A stretch of DNA of 64,000 bases from an uncultured cyanobacterium (GCA_963793265.1 CAWBZI010000002.1:736001-800000); one strand, 5' to 3'. Positions 52,469 through 64,000 are shown, counted from the first letter of the stretch. Numbers and translations: made by a program. Notes: generated by a model not told the origin, from the sequence alone.

Positions 52469-53260
52469 CTAAGGATTATCGTCCGTCACAATCTCAGCCG
52501 GGGCTGCGTCTACATCTAACTTTGGTGAATAAGGATGAATCGTGACCCATTCCAAATTACTCAGCGGCACCGATAGCTGCACAACGGCCTCGGGAGCTGG
52601 GCTTTTCTCTAAATTGATAGAAGCAACCCTGCCGATCGGCACGTCTTGAGGAAAAAGCCGACTGAAAGAAGACGTGACTAAAACATCGCCCGCTTCAACA
52701 TCAGGATCTTTCTCAAAGAACTGCATCTTAACTTCGCTGCCCATTTCGCCTCGAATGTAGCCAGTTGCCCGGCTGCGGCTAACCTTAGCCCCAATTTGGC
52801 TAGTTGGATCGCTCAGCAGCAAAAGACGAGACGTATTCGGCGTAACGCTGACAACTCTACCGACTAGCCCACCGGGGCCAGTTGCAATATCACCGACTTT
52901 CACATTAGCGCTGCTGCCTTTATTCACTATGAGCTGCTGCCACCAGTGATCAGCGCTGCGCCCAATCACAGCCGCCAGCGTCGTCGTATCTAAATTACTG
53001 CCTTTCTCATAGTCAATCAGCTCGCGCAGCTTTTGATTCTGATTTTCTAGCTCAACCACGCGCTGCTGTAGCTCTAGCACGTAAGCATTTTCTATTTGCT
53101 TGGTCGTTGAAGGGCGCTGAAAAGGGCGCGTGATCACCTGATAGGTTTCATCAACTAGGGCTCCGTTTGTTTGACGAATACCCCAAGCCGTACCGATCGC
53201 TAAAAAGATCAGCCCGGCTTTGAGCGCATTTTTATCCCACCATCGTCTTAAAGCAAACAT
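52469..53260 (-). CDS. mreC: Rod shape-determining protein MreC
   Basis: TM plus coiled coil; VIGRSADHWW, GGLVGRV, GDVLVTS. Confidence 0.92.
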   Translation of the reverse strand: MFALRRWWDKNALKAGLIFLAIGTAWGIRQTNGALVDETYQVITRPFQRPSTTKQIENAYVLELQQRVVELENQNQKLRELIDYEKGSNLDTTTLAAVIGRSADHWWQQLIVNKGSSANVKVGDIATGPGGLVGRVVSVTPNTSRLLLLSDPTSQIGAKVSRSRATGYIRGEMGSEVKMQFFEKDPDVEAGDVLVTSSFSRLFPQDVPIGRVASINLEKSPAPEAVVQLSVPLSNLEWVTIHPYSPKLDVDAAPAEIVTDDNP

Positions 53261-53320
53261 GTATGCAGATGCATTATCTATCTTTTGGCAAACTCAACCC
53301 GTCAACGCTAAGCAATCGCA

Positions 53321-54364
53321 CTACAGATCTCTCGATCTCGCACTGAACACCCGCTCCATCTGGCTAAAGTTCTCAAGCACCCGGCCCGTCCCCAACACCA
53401 CACAGCTCAACGGATCGGCAGCGACATGAACCACAATGCCTGTCTCATGAGAAATCAGCGTATCGAGTCCTTTGAGTAGCGCGCCACCGCCCGCAAGCAT
53501 GATACCGCGATCAATAATGTCTGCGGCTAGCTCAGGGGGCGTTTTCTCGAGTGTCCGCTTTACCGCTTCTACAATCACAGAGAGCGGTTCAGCCATACTT
53601 TCACGAATTTCTGGGCTCTTGACGGTCACCGTTCTCGGCAGGCCAGAGAGCATGTGCACGCCGCGAACTTCTAGCGAAATTTCATCGTCATCAGGGCTAG
53701 GGTAGGCAGAGCTAATTTTGACCTTTATTTCTTCGGCAGTGCGATCGCCAATCTCCAGATTATTCACCTTCCGCATATAGTGCTTAATCGAATCGGTCAG
53801 CTCATCACCCGCCACCCGCACCGACTCACTCAGCACCGTGCCCTGCAAGCTCAGCACCGCCACTTCAGTCGTGCCGCCGCCAATATCCACGATCATGTTG
53901 CCCGTAGGCTCATCTACTGGTAGCCCGGCTCCAATTGCTGCCGCCACCGGCTCATCAATTAAGTACACCATCCGCGCCCCAGCCTGAAGCGCCGCATCCA
54001 TTACCGCCCTACGCTCTACGCCCGTCACACCACTAGGAATACCAATCACAACCTTCGGTGAAACCAGTGCCTTGTTTTCATGTACGCGGCGGATAAAGTG
54101 CTTTAGCATCACCTCTGCAATGTCAAAGTCTGCAATCACGCCATCCCTGAGCGGGCGAATGGCTCTGATATTATCCGGCGTTCGGCCTAGCATTTGCTTT
54201 GCTTCTTCGCCAACGGCTAATGGTTTACCTGTGGTTTCATCAATAGCAACGACGGAAGGCTCTTGTAAAACAACCCCTCGTCCCGACACGTAAACTAAGG
54301 TATTTGCCGTTCCGAGGTCGATACCCATGTCACGGGAGAGGGATAAGCGATTGAATAATGCCAC
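53321..54364 (-). CDS. mreB: Actin-like protein MreB
   Basis: GIDLGTANT, PLRDGVIAD, DIGGGTTE, GGGALL. Confidence 0.97.
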   Translation of the reverse strand: MALFNRLSLSRDMGIDLGTANTLVYVSGRGVVLQEPSVVAIDETTGKPLAVGEEAKQMLGRTPDNIRAIRPLRDGVIADFDIAEVMLKHFIRRVHENKALVSPKVVIGIPSGVTGVERRAVMDAALQAGARMVYLIDEPVAAAIGAGLPVDEPTGNMIVDIGGGTTEVAVLSLQGTVLSESVRVAGDELTDSIKHYMRKVNNLEIGDRTAEEIKVKISSAYPSPDDDEISLEVRGVHMLSGLPRTVTVKSPEIRESMAEPLSVIVEAVKRTLEKTPPELAADIIDRGIMLAGGGALLKGLDTLISHETGIVVHVAADPLSCVVLGTGRVLENFSQMERVFSARSRDL

Positions 54365-54697
54365 AAGCTAAGGGCCCCTATAGAGCTTTGATGTTGACGA
54401 ACTGACGAGTCGAATGGATTTTATTACGTTTCATATCAAGCCGTCTAGTCGGTTTGATAAAATCTATGTTCTATCAAAATGATGAATATCCGTGCGCTTT
54501 GATAGGTTTTCGTAACCAATGTTTGAATGAATACGCGCTATGGGCGGTTATACCTGGCAGGCGTAGCGAGTCCAAGTTTGCGTAATTGGCCTAAATCTAT
54601 AGTGACTGGCCTAATTGTACAGAGGTTAGGGCCGCTTATACTGGAAATATAAAGGCTTTTTGAGAGTTTACGGGTTACTCATGCAAGTCGCTACAAT

Positions 54698-54711
54698 AGT
54701 AAATAAGTACT
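54698..54711 (+). promoter_or_regulatory. Putative cyanobacterial LexA box next to a -10 element (TACAAT, 54692-54697)
   Basis: AGTAAATAAGTACT is one mismatch from RGTAC-NNN-DGTWCB; 28 nt upstream of ssb. Confidence 0.55.
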
Positions 54712-54739
54712 TAGATTAATTCCAGGAACATAAACGGTT

Positions 54740-55099
54740 ATGAGTGTAAATGTAGTCACTTTGGTTGGGCGTGTTGGGAGAGATCCAGAGGTTCGCTATT
54801 TTGAATCTGGAAATGTGCTGGCAAAGTGCGGCTTGGCGGTTAATAGACGTACCCGCAATAGCGATCAGCCTGATTGGTTCAATCTAGAAATTTGGGGGAA
54901 AACAGCAGAAATCGCAGCTAATTACGTTCGTAAAGGCAGCTTGATTGGTGTTACAGGCTCTATCAAGCTTGATAGCTGGCAGGATCGCTCTACGGGGGCT
55001 TTGCGTACGAGCCCAGTGATTCGCGTAGCACAGCTAGATCTATTGGGATCCAAGCGGGATAATGCGGCTCCGATGGACTACGGTAACGACGAGTTCTAA
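54740..55099 (+). CDS. ssb: Single-stranded DNA-binding protein
   Basis: NVVTLVGRVGRDPEVRYF, WGKTAE, KGSLIG; acidic C-terminus ending DEF. Confidence 0.95.
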   Translation: MSVNVVTLVGRVGRDPEVRYFESGNVLAKCGLAVNRRTRNSDQPDWFNLEIWGKTAEIAANYVRKGSLIGVTGSIKLDSWQDRSTGALRTSPVIRVAQLDLLGSKRDNAAPMDYGNDEF

Positions 55100-55133
55100 A
55101 GGGTAGAAAAACTATCTAGAAGCCCAGATATTT

Positions 55134-55169
55134 AAAAGCCCGTAACGATCAAATTCGTTGCGGGCTTTT
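55134..55169. terminator. Bidirectional terminator between ssb and mfd
   Basis: AAAAGCCCGTAACGA / TCGTTGCGGGCTTTT. Confidence 0.75.
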
Positions 55170-55178
55170 GCGATTTCT

Positions 55179-58100
55179 TTAGGCAGAAACGCTCGACAAA
55201 GCCGGTTTTTTCAAAGCGCCCTGCATTTGCCCAAGCCAGTCGATCAAGCTTTCAATTTGCTTGTCGGGGCTAAGTACGCCCAGTCCGCGAACGGTAACCT
55301 TGCCGGGTGCGTAGACGAAACGCGATCGCAAATGACTCGGCAGCTTTTCTTGCAGCAAATTCCAGGCAGGCTTCTCCATCGGCGTTTCCATAATCACATT
55401 CTGCTTGCCCTCTAGCTTAATTCGTGAAAAACCAAGCGGCTTAGCCATCTGCTTAATCTCAAGCACTTTCACAAGCTGACCCACCGCAGGCGGCAAAGTG
55501 CCGTAGCGGTCGTTCAAATCCGCCACAATTTCCATCAGTTCCCGCCGCGTACCCGCAGAGACTAAATCGCGGTAGATACTCATTTTCTGATCGACATCAG
55601 GAATGTAGTCGGCAGGAATAAAGGCCGTGACCTTAAGATCCACCTGAGTTTCATCGACCTGTGGAATTTCTTGACCGCGAATCTCTGCAATCGATTCTTC
55701 GAGCATGTCCATGTACAGATCGAAGCCGATCACTTCCATTTGCCCAGACTGCTGCGCACCGAGTAAGTTACCAATGCCGCGAATTTCCATATCTCGCATC
55801 GCAAGCTGATAGCCAGAGCCCAACTGAGTAAATTCTTGAATGGCACGAAGCCGCTTACGAGCCTTGTCTGAAAGCTTGTTCTGAGCGGGGAAAAGTAGCC
55901 AGGCGTGAGCTTGAATACCCGAACGACCCACGCGACCTCTAAGTTGATAGAGCTGAGAAAGCCCGAACTTATGAGCGTCTTCAATGATGATGGTGTTCAC
56001 TCTAGGAATATCGAGTCCTGACTCGATGATGGTAGTGCAAACCATCAGATCGGCCTCGCCACTGCCGAAGGTGAGCATGGTGGCTTCTAGTTCGCCTTCA
56101 GGCATTTGACCATGGGCGATCGCTAACCGAATCCCCGGCACCGCCTCCCGAATCCGCCCAGCCACTTCCTCAATGCCGTCCACCCGAGGCACCACATAGA
56201 ATATCTGCCCCCCGCGATCTAGCTCCTGACGAATCGCCGCTCTCACCTTCTCAGGATCATAGGGCGATAGGTGCGTCTTAATCGGACGGCGAGACGGCGG
56301 TGGTGTGGTAATCAGGCTCATTTCTCGTACACCTGAAAGCGCCATATAAAGCGTTCTAGGAATCGGCGTTGCACTCAGCGTCAGAACATCTACCTGAGCC
56401 TTCATCGCCTTAATTTTCTCCTTTTGGTTCACTCCAAACCGCTGCTCTTCATCCACCACCAGCAGGCCCAAATCCTTAAACTTGACGACCTTGCCGAGTA
56501 GCTGATGAGTACCAACAACCACGTCGAGTTCACCAGAAAGCAAACGCTTGAGAATGTCTTTGCGTTCAGAGGCGCTACGGAAGCGGTTGAGTAGCCCAAT
56601 TTGGATGGGATAAGGTGCGAAGCGTTCTTTGAGCGTGTGGTAGTGCTGCTGCGTCAAAATAGTCGTGGGCGCAAGTAAAGCAACCTGCTTGCCTGCGGTG
56701 ATTGCTTTGAAGATGGCACGCAGAGCAACTTCTGTTTTGCCAAAACCCACATCGCCACAGACTAAGCGATCCATCGGGCGATCGCTCTCCATATCTCGTT
56801 TCACATCCTGCGTCGCCTTGAGCTGATCTGGCGTGGGATCGTAAGGAAATGAATCCTCTAGCTCCTGCTGCCAGGGCATATCTTGGGGATAGGTAAAGCC
56901 TTCCATTTGCGATCGCTTAGCATACAGCTTCAGCAAATCGACCGCCACCTTCTGAATGGCCTTACGCGCCTTACCCTTGGTTTTCTCCCAAGTTTTGCCC
57001 GTCATCTTATTGAGCTGAGGCCGCTGATCTACCGACGTGCGATAGCGCGACAGCGAAGCCATCTGATCAACCGCCACCCGCAGCAAACCATCCGCGTACT
57101 GAATGACTAAGATATTCGCGCGTTTTGTTATCAACGGTGATGCTATCAAGCCGTAGAAACTGACCGATCCCGTGGTTACGATGAACTACATAGTCCTTCG
57201 GATTGAGCTTGTTGGGATCAACCTGTTTAGAGGCTGCGCGACGGCGTTTGCGAACGTAGCTAGGCGTCGCTAGCGTGTGCTGCCCAAAGAATTCGCGGTC
57301 AGTAACGACCACAATGCGAAAGGTCGGCAGGATGAATCCTTCAAGCTCAGCGAGTCCTGAATACTTGACGGCAATAGGAATCCGCTGATTTTGCAGCTTA
57401 TCAATCGCGGGATAGTCTTTGGGAGTTCGGAATAAACTGAGCCGGGCAGTCGTGCTCTTGCAGCAGGGCAACTGAGCGGGAGGGTTGAGCAGAAATGAGC
57501 CAGGGGGTGAACTTGCGATCGCGCTCTGCCCTCAAAATATCAGCCAGCTTCCCAAACTGATGCGGGATCGTCGGAATAGGCCGACTCGCCAAATTCAGCC
57601 CCACCCCTTCCTCTGCAATTTCTGAAAGTCCAACCTGCTGAAACAGGCTCAGCTCCTCAAGCACTTCAGCATAAGGCTTATGAATCCTAGGCAATCCCTG
57701 AGCAGGCAGCTTAACGTCAGGATGTTTTTCCAAAGCCTCCTGAGCCTCTGCCCAACGCTCCTCCATCGTCTCGATCCAGCGATCGGCATGAGCCTGGCAC
57801 TGCGCAGGCTCATCAATCGCAATCATTGTATCTTCAGGCAGATAGTCCAGCAGCGAGGCAGGCGACTCGAACGCCAATCCCGTGAACCGCCGGACGCCTT
57901 CTACCTGCTGACTGGTCGCGAAACTTTCTTGATCTTCTGGCACGAGAAGGTCTTCAAGCAGACCCTTTTTATCAAGTGCCTCAGAAATGATGGGGCTATA
58001 GTCGGTGGTTGTGAGTAAAAGGGTTTCGATTTTGTCGAGCGATCGCTGACTAGCCGGATCAAACTCCCTCAGCCGTTCCAGCTCATCCCCAAACAGTTCC

Positions 58101-58723
58101 AGCCGCACCGGCAGCTCAGCCGCCACAGGAAACACATCAATAATGTCTCCTCTCTGGCTCCACTGCCCCTCAGTCTCCACCGTCGCCACTTTCGCATAGC
58201 CCAGCTTAGCCAAACTAATCGAAAGATCCTTCAGGTTCAGCTCCATCCCCAGCGTAATTTCCAGGCAGTAAGGCCGAAACACCTCAACCGGCGGTAGATG
58301 CGGCTGCAACGCCCTTTCAGTAGCCACAATCGCCATCGACCCCAAATGCTTCGAGCCCGGCGGCATCTCACCGCTATACGCCTTGCCATTAATCAGATCT
58401 GAGAGCACCTGAAGCTGTCCCCAGGTCAACTCCGACTCCTGATCGAACCCGTCATAAGGAGAAGACTCCGAGGTGGGATAAAACGAAACCGTCTCCCAGC
58501 CCATCGCCTCTAGCTGCGCGGCCCACCGACCTGCTTCTTCTAGCGTGGCCGCGATCGCTAACATCGGTCGCTGCTGCGCCTGAGCCAAAGCAGACACCAC
58601 CAACCCTTTCGGCAGTCTAGGCACACCGTTAAGCTGTAGCTGCTGCTGCTTTCCGAGCTTATTTACCAGCTCTTGGCCAAGAGCCGTTCGGGCTAGCGCG
58701 CGCGTAATCGAAGAAAAGGCCAT
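55179..58723 (-). pseudogene. mfd: Transcription-repair coupling factor, split in three by two +1 frameshifts (real or sequence error)
   Basis: ORFs 57401-58723, 57067-57471 and 55179-57149 join into one Mfd ([49 protein letters not shown] domain). Confidence 0.9.
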
Positions 58724-58805
58724 GGGTCAATTTAAGTGCGATCGCCACCTAAAACAAACAGAGTTTCATTCTAGAAGGCATCGCCTCAAAAATGCATCAT
58801 CCCCG

Positions 58806-58830
58806 GTAGGGGCGTAAGGTCTTACGCCCT
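58806..58830 (+). repeat. GTAG-type REP-like palindrome
   Basis: GTAG-GGGCGTAAG-GT-CTTACGCCC-T, flanked by CCGG on both sides, in the pgi-mfd intergenic region. Confidence 0.65.
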
Positions 58831-58867
58831 CCGGCAGCAATTCACCAGATCTTCGACCCGCGAAAAA

Positions 58868-60454
58868 CTAAGCCGCCGAAACCTTCAGCGCCTCAGGCTT
58901 ACTAGGATCACCCTCTATCTTCACACCCCGATTATTGGCATCCAAATGCCGCACAATCTTATAGATATTCTCAATTCTATCCGTCGCCGCAATCTTCTCT
59001 GCAATCTCACTCAAAGACAAAGGCTTATCCGCTCCCTTCAGCGCGTCCTTCACCTGATTTTGCAGATCCAGTACAGCCGCCGCCGCCTTCTTACCCGCTT
59101 CCACGCCCGGCTGATGATAGGCATTGATATTCACCAAATGAGCATACAAACTCACTGCCCGTTCATAGAGCGCAATCAAAGCTCCCACCATACGAGCGCT
59201 CACATCCGGCACCGTAATGGTAATCGAATCGCGATGATTGTCATACAAAGCGCTGCGCGTACCCTGAAGCAATCCAGACAGATAGTCACCTGAAGTCACA
59301 CCAGGCTCCACCTCCACCGAAACACCCTCACGGTCTTGCAACACCTCAATCAATGTGGCAAAAAAGTTAGGCACCCCTTCGCGAAGCTGCTGAACGTAAG
59401 CATGTTGGTCAGTTGAACCTTTATTGCCATATACCGCAATCCCCTGGTAAACCGTATTGCCATCTAAGTCCTTTTCCTTACCCAAAGACTCCATCACAAG
59501 CTGTTGCAGATAGCGACTAAAGAGGAAAAGGCTGTCCTTGTAAGGCAGCACAACCATATCTTTTTCGCCCTTGCCATTCCCTGAGAAATACCAGGCCATT
59601 GCCAAAAGAGCCGCAGGATTTTCACGAACGTTTGCCACGCGGGTCGCATCGTCCATTTCTTTTGCGCCGTCTAGCATCGCTTGAATATCAATACCTTGCA
59701 AAGCCGCCGGTAAAAGCCCTACTGCCGACAGTTCAGAAGTTCGTCCACCAATCCAGTCGTACATCGGGAACGTAGTTAGCCAACCTTCTGACGTTGCAAC
59801 CTTGTCTAATTTGCTGCCTTCTCCGGTAACTGCAACCGCTTGTTTAGCAAAGTCGAGCCCGGCTTTTTCAAAAGCAGCCTTGCTCTCTACCATGCCGTTT
59901 CTAGTTTCGGGTGTGCCACCAGATTTAGAAACGATCAAGACGAGGGTGGTTTTGAGGCGATCGCCAATCTCATCGAAAACGTGGTCGATCCCTACAGGAT
60001 CAGTATTGTCAATAAAGTGAATATTGACCGCTGGATTAGCTTCCACCAATGCCTGAGAAACAAACTGCGGGCCTAAAGCAGATCCACCGATTCCGACAGA
60101 GAGCACGTCTGTAAAGCGATCGCCTCCTGGCGGCTTAATCTCACCGTTCAAAACCTTCGTGGCAAACTCTTTTACAGAACTCAGCGTTTCAGTAACTGCT
60201 TTCTTAAGTTCTTCGGTTGGGGCCAAATCCGCATTTCGCAGCCAGTAATGGCCGACCATGCGATTTTCATCGGGGTTAGCGATCGCACCCCCTTCCAATT
60301 CCACCATCGCCTCAAACGCCTCATCAAACCTTGGCGTGAGCTGTTTTACAAACGCATCGTCAAAACTCATCCGACTAATATCGATATAGATACCGAGCCC
60401 TTTGTGATAATAAAGCCAGTCTTGATAGCGTTTCCAGAGTGCAGCCGCGTCCAT
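58868..60454 (-). CDS. pgi: Glucose-6-phosphate isomerase
   Basis: [57 protein letters not shown] at 60454. Confidence 0.96.
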   Translation of the reverse strand: MDAAALWKRYQDWLYYHKGLGIYIDISRMSFDDAFVKQLTPRFDEAFEAMVELEGGAIANPDENRMVGHYWLRNADLAPTEELKKAVTETLSSVKEFATKVLNGEIKPPGGDRFTDVLSVGIGGSALGPQFVSQALVEANPAVNIHFIDNTDPVGIDHVFDEIGDRLKTTLVLIVSKSGGTPETRNGMVESKAAFEKAGLDFAKQAVAVTGEGSKLDKVATSEGWLTTFPMYDWIGGRTSELSAVGLLPAALQGIDIQAMLDGAKEMDDATRVANVRENPAALLAMAWYFSGNGKGEKDMVVLPYKDSLFLFSRYLQQLVMESLGKEKDLDGNTVYQGIAVYGNKGSTDQHAYVQQLREGVPNFFATLIEVLQDREGVSVEVEPGVTSGDYLSGLLQGTRSALYDNHRDSITITVPDVSARMVGALIALYERAVSLYAHLVNINAYHQPGVEAGKKAAAAVLDLQNQVKDALKGADKPLSLSEIAEKIAATDRIENIYKIVRHLDANNRGVKIEGDPSKPEALKVSAA

Positions 60455-60669
60455 AATGATTCTCTTTTGTGTGCTGGAATTGAAATGATATAAGCCATCG
60501 CTAATACATATAGAGCCTGATAGACATTTTTCGCAAAAGGTCGGCAGGATTTTAATATTCGTAGCTTTTGCCACCCTTTAGTAGCCGTGATTACAAAGCT
60601 CTACCCTAAGATAGAAGTAGGGCCAAGCCTCAAACTTAAAACAGCGTGAATTATTTAGTAGTGCTCTCT

Positions 60670-61704
60670 ATGGATCTCACTTCTCTAAACCTGGCAACTC
60701 TAGAAAGCTGGCTAGACAACGCCGCTTTCGCCGTACTGTTCGCAACGATGCTGGCATATTGGAGCGGACTGGCCTTCGAGAAAGCCAAGATTTTGCCGAT
60801 CATCGGCGGCGCAGGTATGGCCGTTGGCAATCTGTGTTTGGCAGCGCTCTTGACTGCTAGATGGATAGAAGGCGGCTACTTTCCCCTAAGTAATCTCTAC
60901 GAATCGCTATTTTTCATCGCCTGGGGCATCACTGCCATGCACTTTGTCGCTGAGCGTATGAGTGGCAGTCGCTGGGTCGGTGCGGTAACCTCACCTGTTG
61001 CTATGGGCATCTCAGCTTTTGCAGCGCTCACCCTACCAGATGCAATGCAGGTTTCAGAGCCTTTAGTACCCGCACTAAAGTCTAACTGGCTAATGATGCA
61101 CGTGAGCGTGATGCTGTTGAGCTATTCGGCGCTGATGGTAGGGGCATTGATTGCGATCGCCTTCCTGATTGTCACCCGAGGCCAAAATGTAGAACTCAAA
61201 GGCAGCTCTGTCGGCACCGGAGGCTTCAGGGATCGCAAGTACCAGCTCAAAAAAGCAGACGATACCCCAGCCCCCGAACCGCTACCAACACTCTCAATGT
61301 CTAGGGCAATGTCCGGTGGCGGTACCGCTGTTCTAGAAGCACCTGCAAAAACAACCGCAGCCGTTGCCCTCTCCCCTCAGCGCCTAACCCTAGCCGACAC
61401 GCTAGACAACATCAGCTATCGCATCATTGGCTTAGGCTTTCCCCTCCTCACTATCGGCATCATTGCCGGTGCCGTATGGGCCAACGAAGCTTGGGGATCG
61501 TACTGGAGCTGGGATCCTAAAGAAACCTGGGCGTTGATCACTTGGCTAGTATTTGCAGCCTACCTTCATGCTCGCATCACCAAAGGATGGCAGGGCAGAA
61601 GGCCCGCAATTTTAGCCGCTTCAGGCTTCGTCGTTGTCTGGATTTGCTATCTGGGCGTCAACCTTTTAGGTAAAGGTCTACACAGCTACGGCTGGTTCTT
61701 TTAA
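60670..61704 (+). CDS. ccsA: Cytochrome c biogenesis protein (system II, CcsA/CcsB)
   Basis: [42 protein letters not shown]. Confidence 0.95.
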   Translation: MDLTSLNLATLESWLDNAAFAVLFATMLAYWSGLAFEKAKILPIIGGAGMAVGNLCLAALLTARWIEGGYFPLSNLYESLFFIAWGITAMHFVAERMSGSRWVGAVTSPVAMGISAFAALTLPDAMQVSEPLVPALKSNWLMMHVSVMLLSYSALMVGALIAIAFLIVTRGQNVELKGSSVGTGGFRDRKYQLKKADDTPAPEPLPTLSMSRAMSGGGTAVLEAPAKTTAAVALSPQRLTLADTLDNISYRIIGLGFPLLTIGIIAGAVWANEAWGSYWSWDPKETWALITWLVFAAYLHARITKGWQGRRPAILAASGFVVVWICYLGVNLLGKGLHSYGWFF

Positions 61705-61713
61705 GCAGCCTTT

Positions 61714-62373
61714 CTAGCCGACGCTAGCAAATAGGATAGGCAAAGGCTGCGGTGCGGCAGTTTCACTGGTGACCACTTCCAACACCTTGTTTTTGGCCGT
61801 GGGCTGACTTACGGCCTCAGCACAAATCTCAGCCACCTTTTGCCGAGGAATGCTGCCCTCAAATAGCGTGTCAGCAGCAGACATCACAATAGCCTGATCG
61901 TTATTTTCATTCTTCAGCCCACCCGGACGCACGATCGTATAGGGCACACCGCTGTTCTTCAGATAGTCTTCAGCCTGCTGCTTCCAATAGAGCACACCCC
62001 AAAACAGATTCAGCGGGTGAAAGATCTTAGAAACGCATAGAGACGAAACCATCACAAACTGCTCAACGTTAGCCGTCTTCGCGGCGTCTACCAGATTCTT
62101 ATTGCCTTCGTAGTCAACTTTATAGGGCCCAGTTGGATCAAAGCTAGGAGCCGCACCTGTCGCACTCAGCAAAACCTGACAACCAGCCAAAGCCGCCGTC
62201 AGCGTTTCGGGCTTAAGCACATCCCCTACCACAACTTCAACGCCCTCTGGCAAGCTGGCGTCCGCTTTAGATTCGGCTCTTACTAAAGCTCTTACCTGAA
62301 TATTTCGGGCAAGGAGCTGTTCGACGATGTGGCTACCCGTCTGACCTGTTGCACCTGCGACTAGAGCTTTCAT
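61714..62373 (-). CDS. Atypical SDR / NAD(P)-binding oxidoreductase
   Basis: VAGATGQTG, VDYEGNKNL, YTIVRPGGL. Confidence 0.9.
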   Translation of the reverse strand: MKALVAGATGQTGSHIVEQLLARNIQVRALVRAESKADASLPEGVEVVVGDVLKPETLTAALAGCQVLLSATGAAPSFDPTGPYKVDYEGNKNLVDAAKTANVEQFVMVSSLCVSKIFHPLNLFWGVLYWKQQAEDYLKNSGVPYTIVRPGGLKNENNDQAIVMSAADTLFEGSIPRQKVAEICAEAVSQPTAKNKVLEVVTSETAAPQPLPILFASVG

Positions 62374-62778
62374 TAGCTATACCCCTTTTGAAAAAAGTTA
62401 GATAAACTATCGATTACGGAAAGCAGTATAGGTGCTTCAGTTGCCACCAACATCCCCTCTAAAGGCATTCTTTCTACGTACTTTTGTTAGCTCATTGATG
62501 CTGTAGATATCCGTATAACAACGAAGGTCGCTGCCGAACTTCAGTAGCTACGTTTAGTGAAAGGTATAGTTTAGAACGCATCAAGCTCTCTTTATACGTA
62601 AAAAACGCAGTTCGCTTCGCTAACCAGTCACTTTTCTACTGTTGACTTAATTTTTGAATTGGTTTCGTAAGTAACAGACGCCGCCATCTATGTATCAGAT
62701 GCTGTAGTCGTCAGTTTGATTGAAAAGCGCTGCGCAGCCTCGACAAGAAATACTAAATCCCTATCTCTATTCAGCCTC

Positions 62779-63477
62779 ATGCAAATTTCTTCTGACGCAT
62801 CTTCCTCCCAGGTAGGCTCCCAATTTCTGAAAGCGGGTGCTAGTGTGATTGAAGGTAAAAAAACTTCACACGCAGAATTTTCTTCGAAAGAGACATTGCA
62901 CTTCCAAGGCGACTATATCGGCCAAATGGAGATGTACGCGGATGCAGCCAGTGTTGCGAAATATCTAGACGCACACCAAGAATGGTTTCATCGCTGCGCT
63001 CAGCCCATGACTGTAGAGCCCATTGGCGAAAATGGCTATGGATTAACGGTGGGCAAATTTAAGAGCTTAAACCACGAGGTTGAGCCCAAAATAGGTCTGC
63101 ATCTGCTGCCTCAAGAAGAAGGCATTTATCGTATTGAAACGATCCCAGTGCCCGGCTACGAACCAGCAGGTTATGATGTCGACTTCAAAGCTTCTATGAC
63201 GCTATGCGAAGGCGCTGCCGAAGATTTGCCTAAAGATTTAGAGATTGAGAAGGCAACTCATGTGGAGTGGGAGTTAACGCTATCGACTTGGGTTGAGGTG
63301 CCTCGATTTATTCAGGTATTGCCTGATAACTTGGTCAAGGCGTCAGGCGATAAGCTGCTAAATCAAATTGTTCGCCAGGTGTCTAAGCGGCTGACGAAGA
63401 AGGTGCAGCAGGAGTTTCACACGTCTTTGAATTTGCCTGTGCCTAATGAAAACAAGCGACGCTTTTGGCAGAGATAG
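62779..63477 (+). CDS. DUF1997 family protein
   Basis: YLDAHQEWFHRCAQPM, VEPKIGL.LLP, GDKLLNQIVRQVSKRLT. Confidence 0.85.
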   Translation: MQISSDASSSQVGSQFLKAGASVIEGKKTSHAEFSSKETLHFQGDYIGQMEMYADAASVAKYLDAHQEWFHRCAQPMTVEPIGENGYGLTVGKFKSLNHEVEPKIGLHLLPQEEGIYRIETIPVPGYEPAGYDVDFKASMTLCEGAAEDLPKDLEIEKATHVEWELTLSTWVEVPRFIQVLPDNLVKASGDKLLNQIVRQVSKRLTKKVQQEFHTSLNLPVPNENKRRFWQR

Positions 63478-63501
63478 CAGCTTTGTACAAGCGAAAAAGT
63501 T

Positions 63502-63537
63502 AAAACCCTCCGTCGAGTAACTTGACGGAGGGTTTTT
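63502..63537. terminator. Bidirectional terminator
   Basis: AAAACCCTCCGTC / GACGGAGGGTTTT. Confidence 0.75.
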
Positions 63538-63551
63538 AATATGAGGATTTT

Positions 63552-64000
63552 CTACTGTAAAGCGAATCGATCCGTAGCTTCAATCAAAGCGCTTCTGATG
63601 CCTGGCTCTGTCGCAGAGTGGCCCGCGTTCGCGATAACCGTAAGCTCAGCTTCAGGCCAAGCACGATGCAGATCCCAGGCGGAAGCCATCGGGCACACCA
63701 CGTCGTATCGGCCCTGAATGATGACGGTTGGAATATGGCGGATACGGTTTACGCTGTCGAGAAGCTGATTTTCGTTCTCGAAAAAGCCTTTGTTAATGAA
63801 GTAGTGGCACTCAATGCGCGCGAAGGCATCGGCAAAGCTACCGCTGCCAAACCGCTCAATTAAGCCTTCGTCCAGGATTAGCTTACTGGTGCTGGCCTCC
63901 CAAATTGACCAAGCGCGAGCGGCTGTCTGTCGAATATCAGCATCGTCGCTGGTCAGGCGTTTGTAGTAAGCCGCAACTAAGTTATCTCGTTCGGCTTCAG
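63552..64000 (-). CDS. pip: Proline iminopeptidase, 3' part (runs off window edge)
   Basis: Manual translation ...RIRHIPTVIIQGRYDVVCPMASAWDLHRAWPEAELTVIANAGHSATEPGIRSALIEATDRFALQ*; not in the supplied ORF track. Confidence 0.9.
   Translation of the reverse strand, partial: EAERDNLVAAYYKRLTSDDADIRQTAARAWSIWEASTSKLILDEGLIERFGSGSFADAFARIECHYFINKGFFENENQLLDSVNRIRHIPTVIIQGRYDVVCPMASAWDLHRAWPEAELTVIANAGHSATEPGIRSALIEATDRFALQ

Noticed and set aside
57067..57471. Programmed ribosomal frameshifting in mfd
   Set aside because: No convincing slippery heptamer with stimulatory structure at either site, and two successive shifts would be needed; error or mutation is simpler
63618..63863. 81-aa plus-strand ORF and the many other short overlapping ORFs in the track
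   Set aside because: Shadow frames of confidently identified genes (here antisense to pip); the local C-rich skew also lengthens stop-free frames

Overview
Chromosomal segment of a cyanobacterium: about 70 copies of the HIP1 octamer GCGATCGC by manual count, plus cyanobacterial-type thiE, ccsA, DUF1997 and the pilB-pilT-pilC / grpE-dnaK-dnaJ arrangement. The style suggests a filamentous Leptolyngbya-like organism, which is inference only. Gene content is mostly housekeeping: treZ-treY, msrB, a GH13 neopullulanase, a carotenoid oxygenase, arsC, larB, prolyl oligopeptidase, thiE-thiS, type IV pilus motors, chaperones, rsgA, cysS, a CobW GTPase, mreBCD, ssb, mfd, pgi, ccsA and a partial pip. Small accessory patches carry Uma2 nucleases, a DUF433/PIN toxin-antitoxin pair, an orphan hicB, a lectin/Calx-beta/sugar-dehydrogenase protein and uncharacterised secreted proteins. 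The most striking unexplained signal is compositional. At many HIP1 sites the local GC skew flips (G-rich 5', C-rich 3') whichever strand the gene is on, and similar C/A-rich tracts follow two intergenic REP-like hairpin elements. This looks like the footprint of a site-anchored, strand-specific DNA processing or mutation process. mfd is split by two single-base insertions. No rRNA, tRNA, CRISPR array or transposase was seen.
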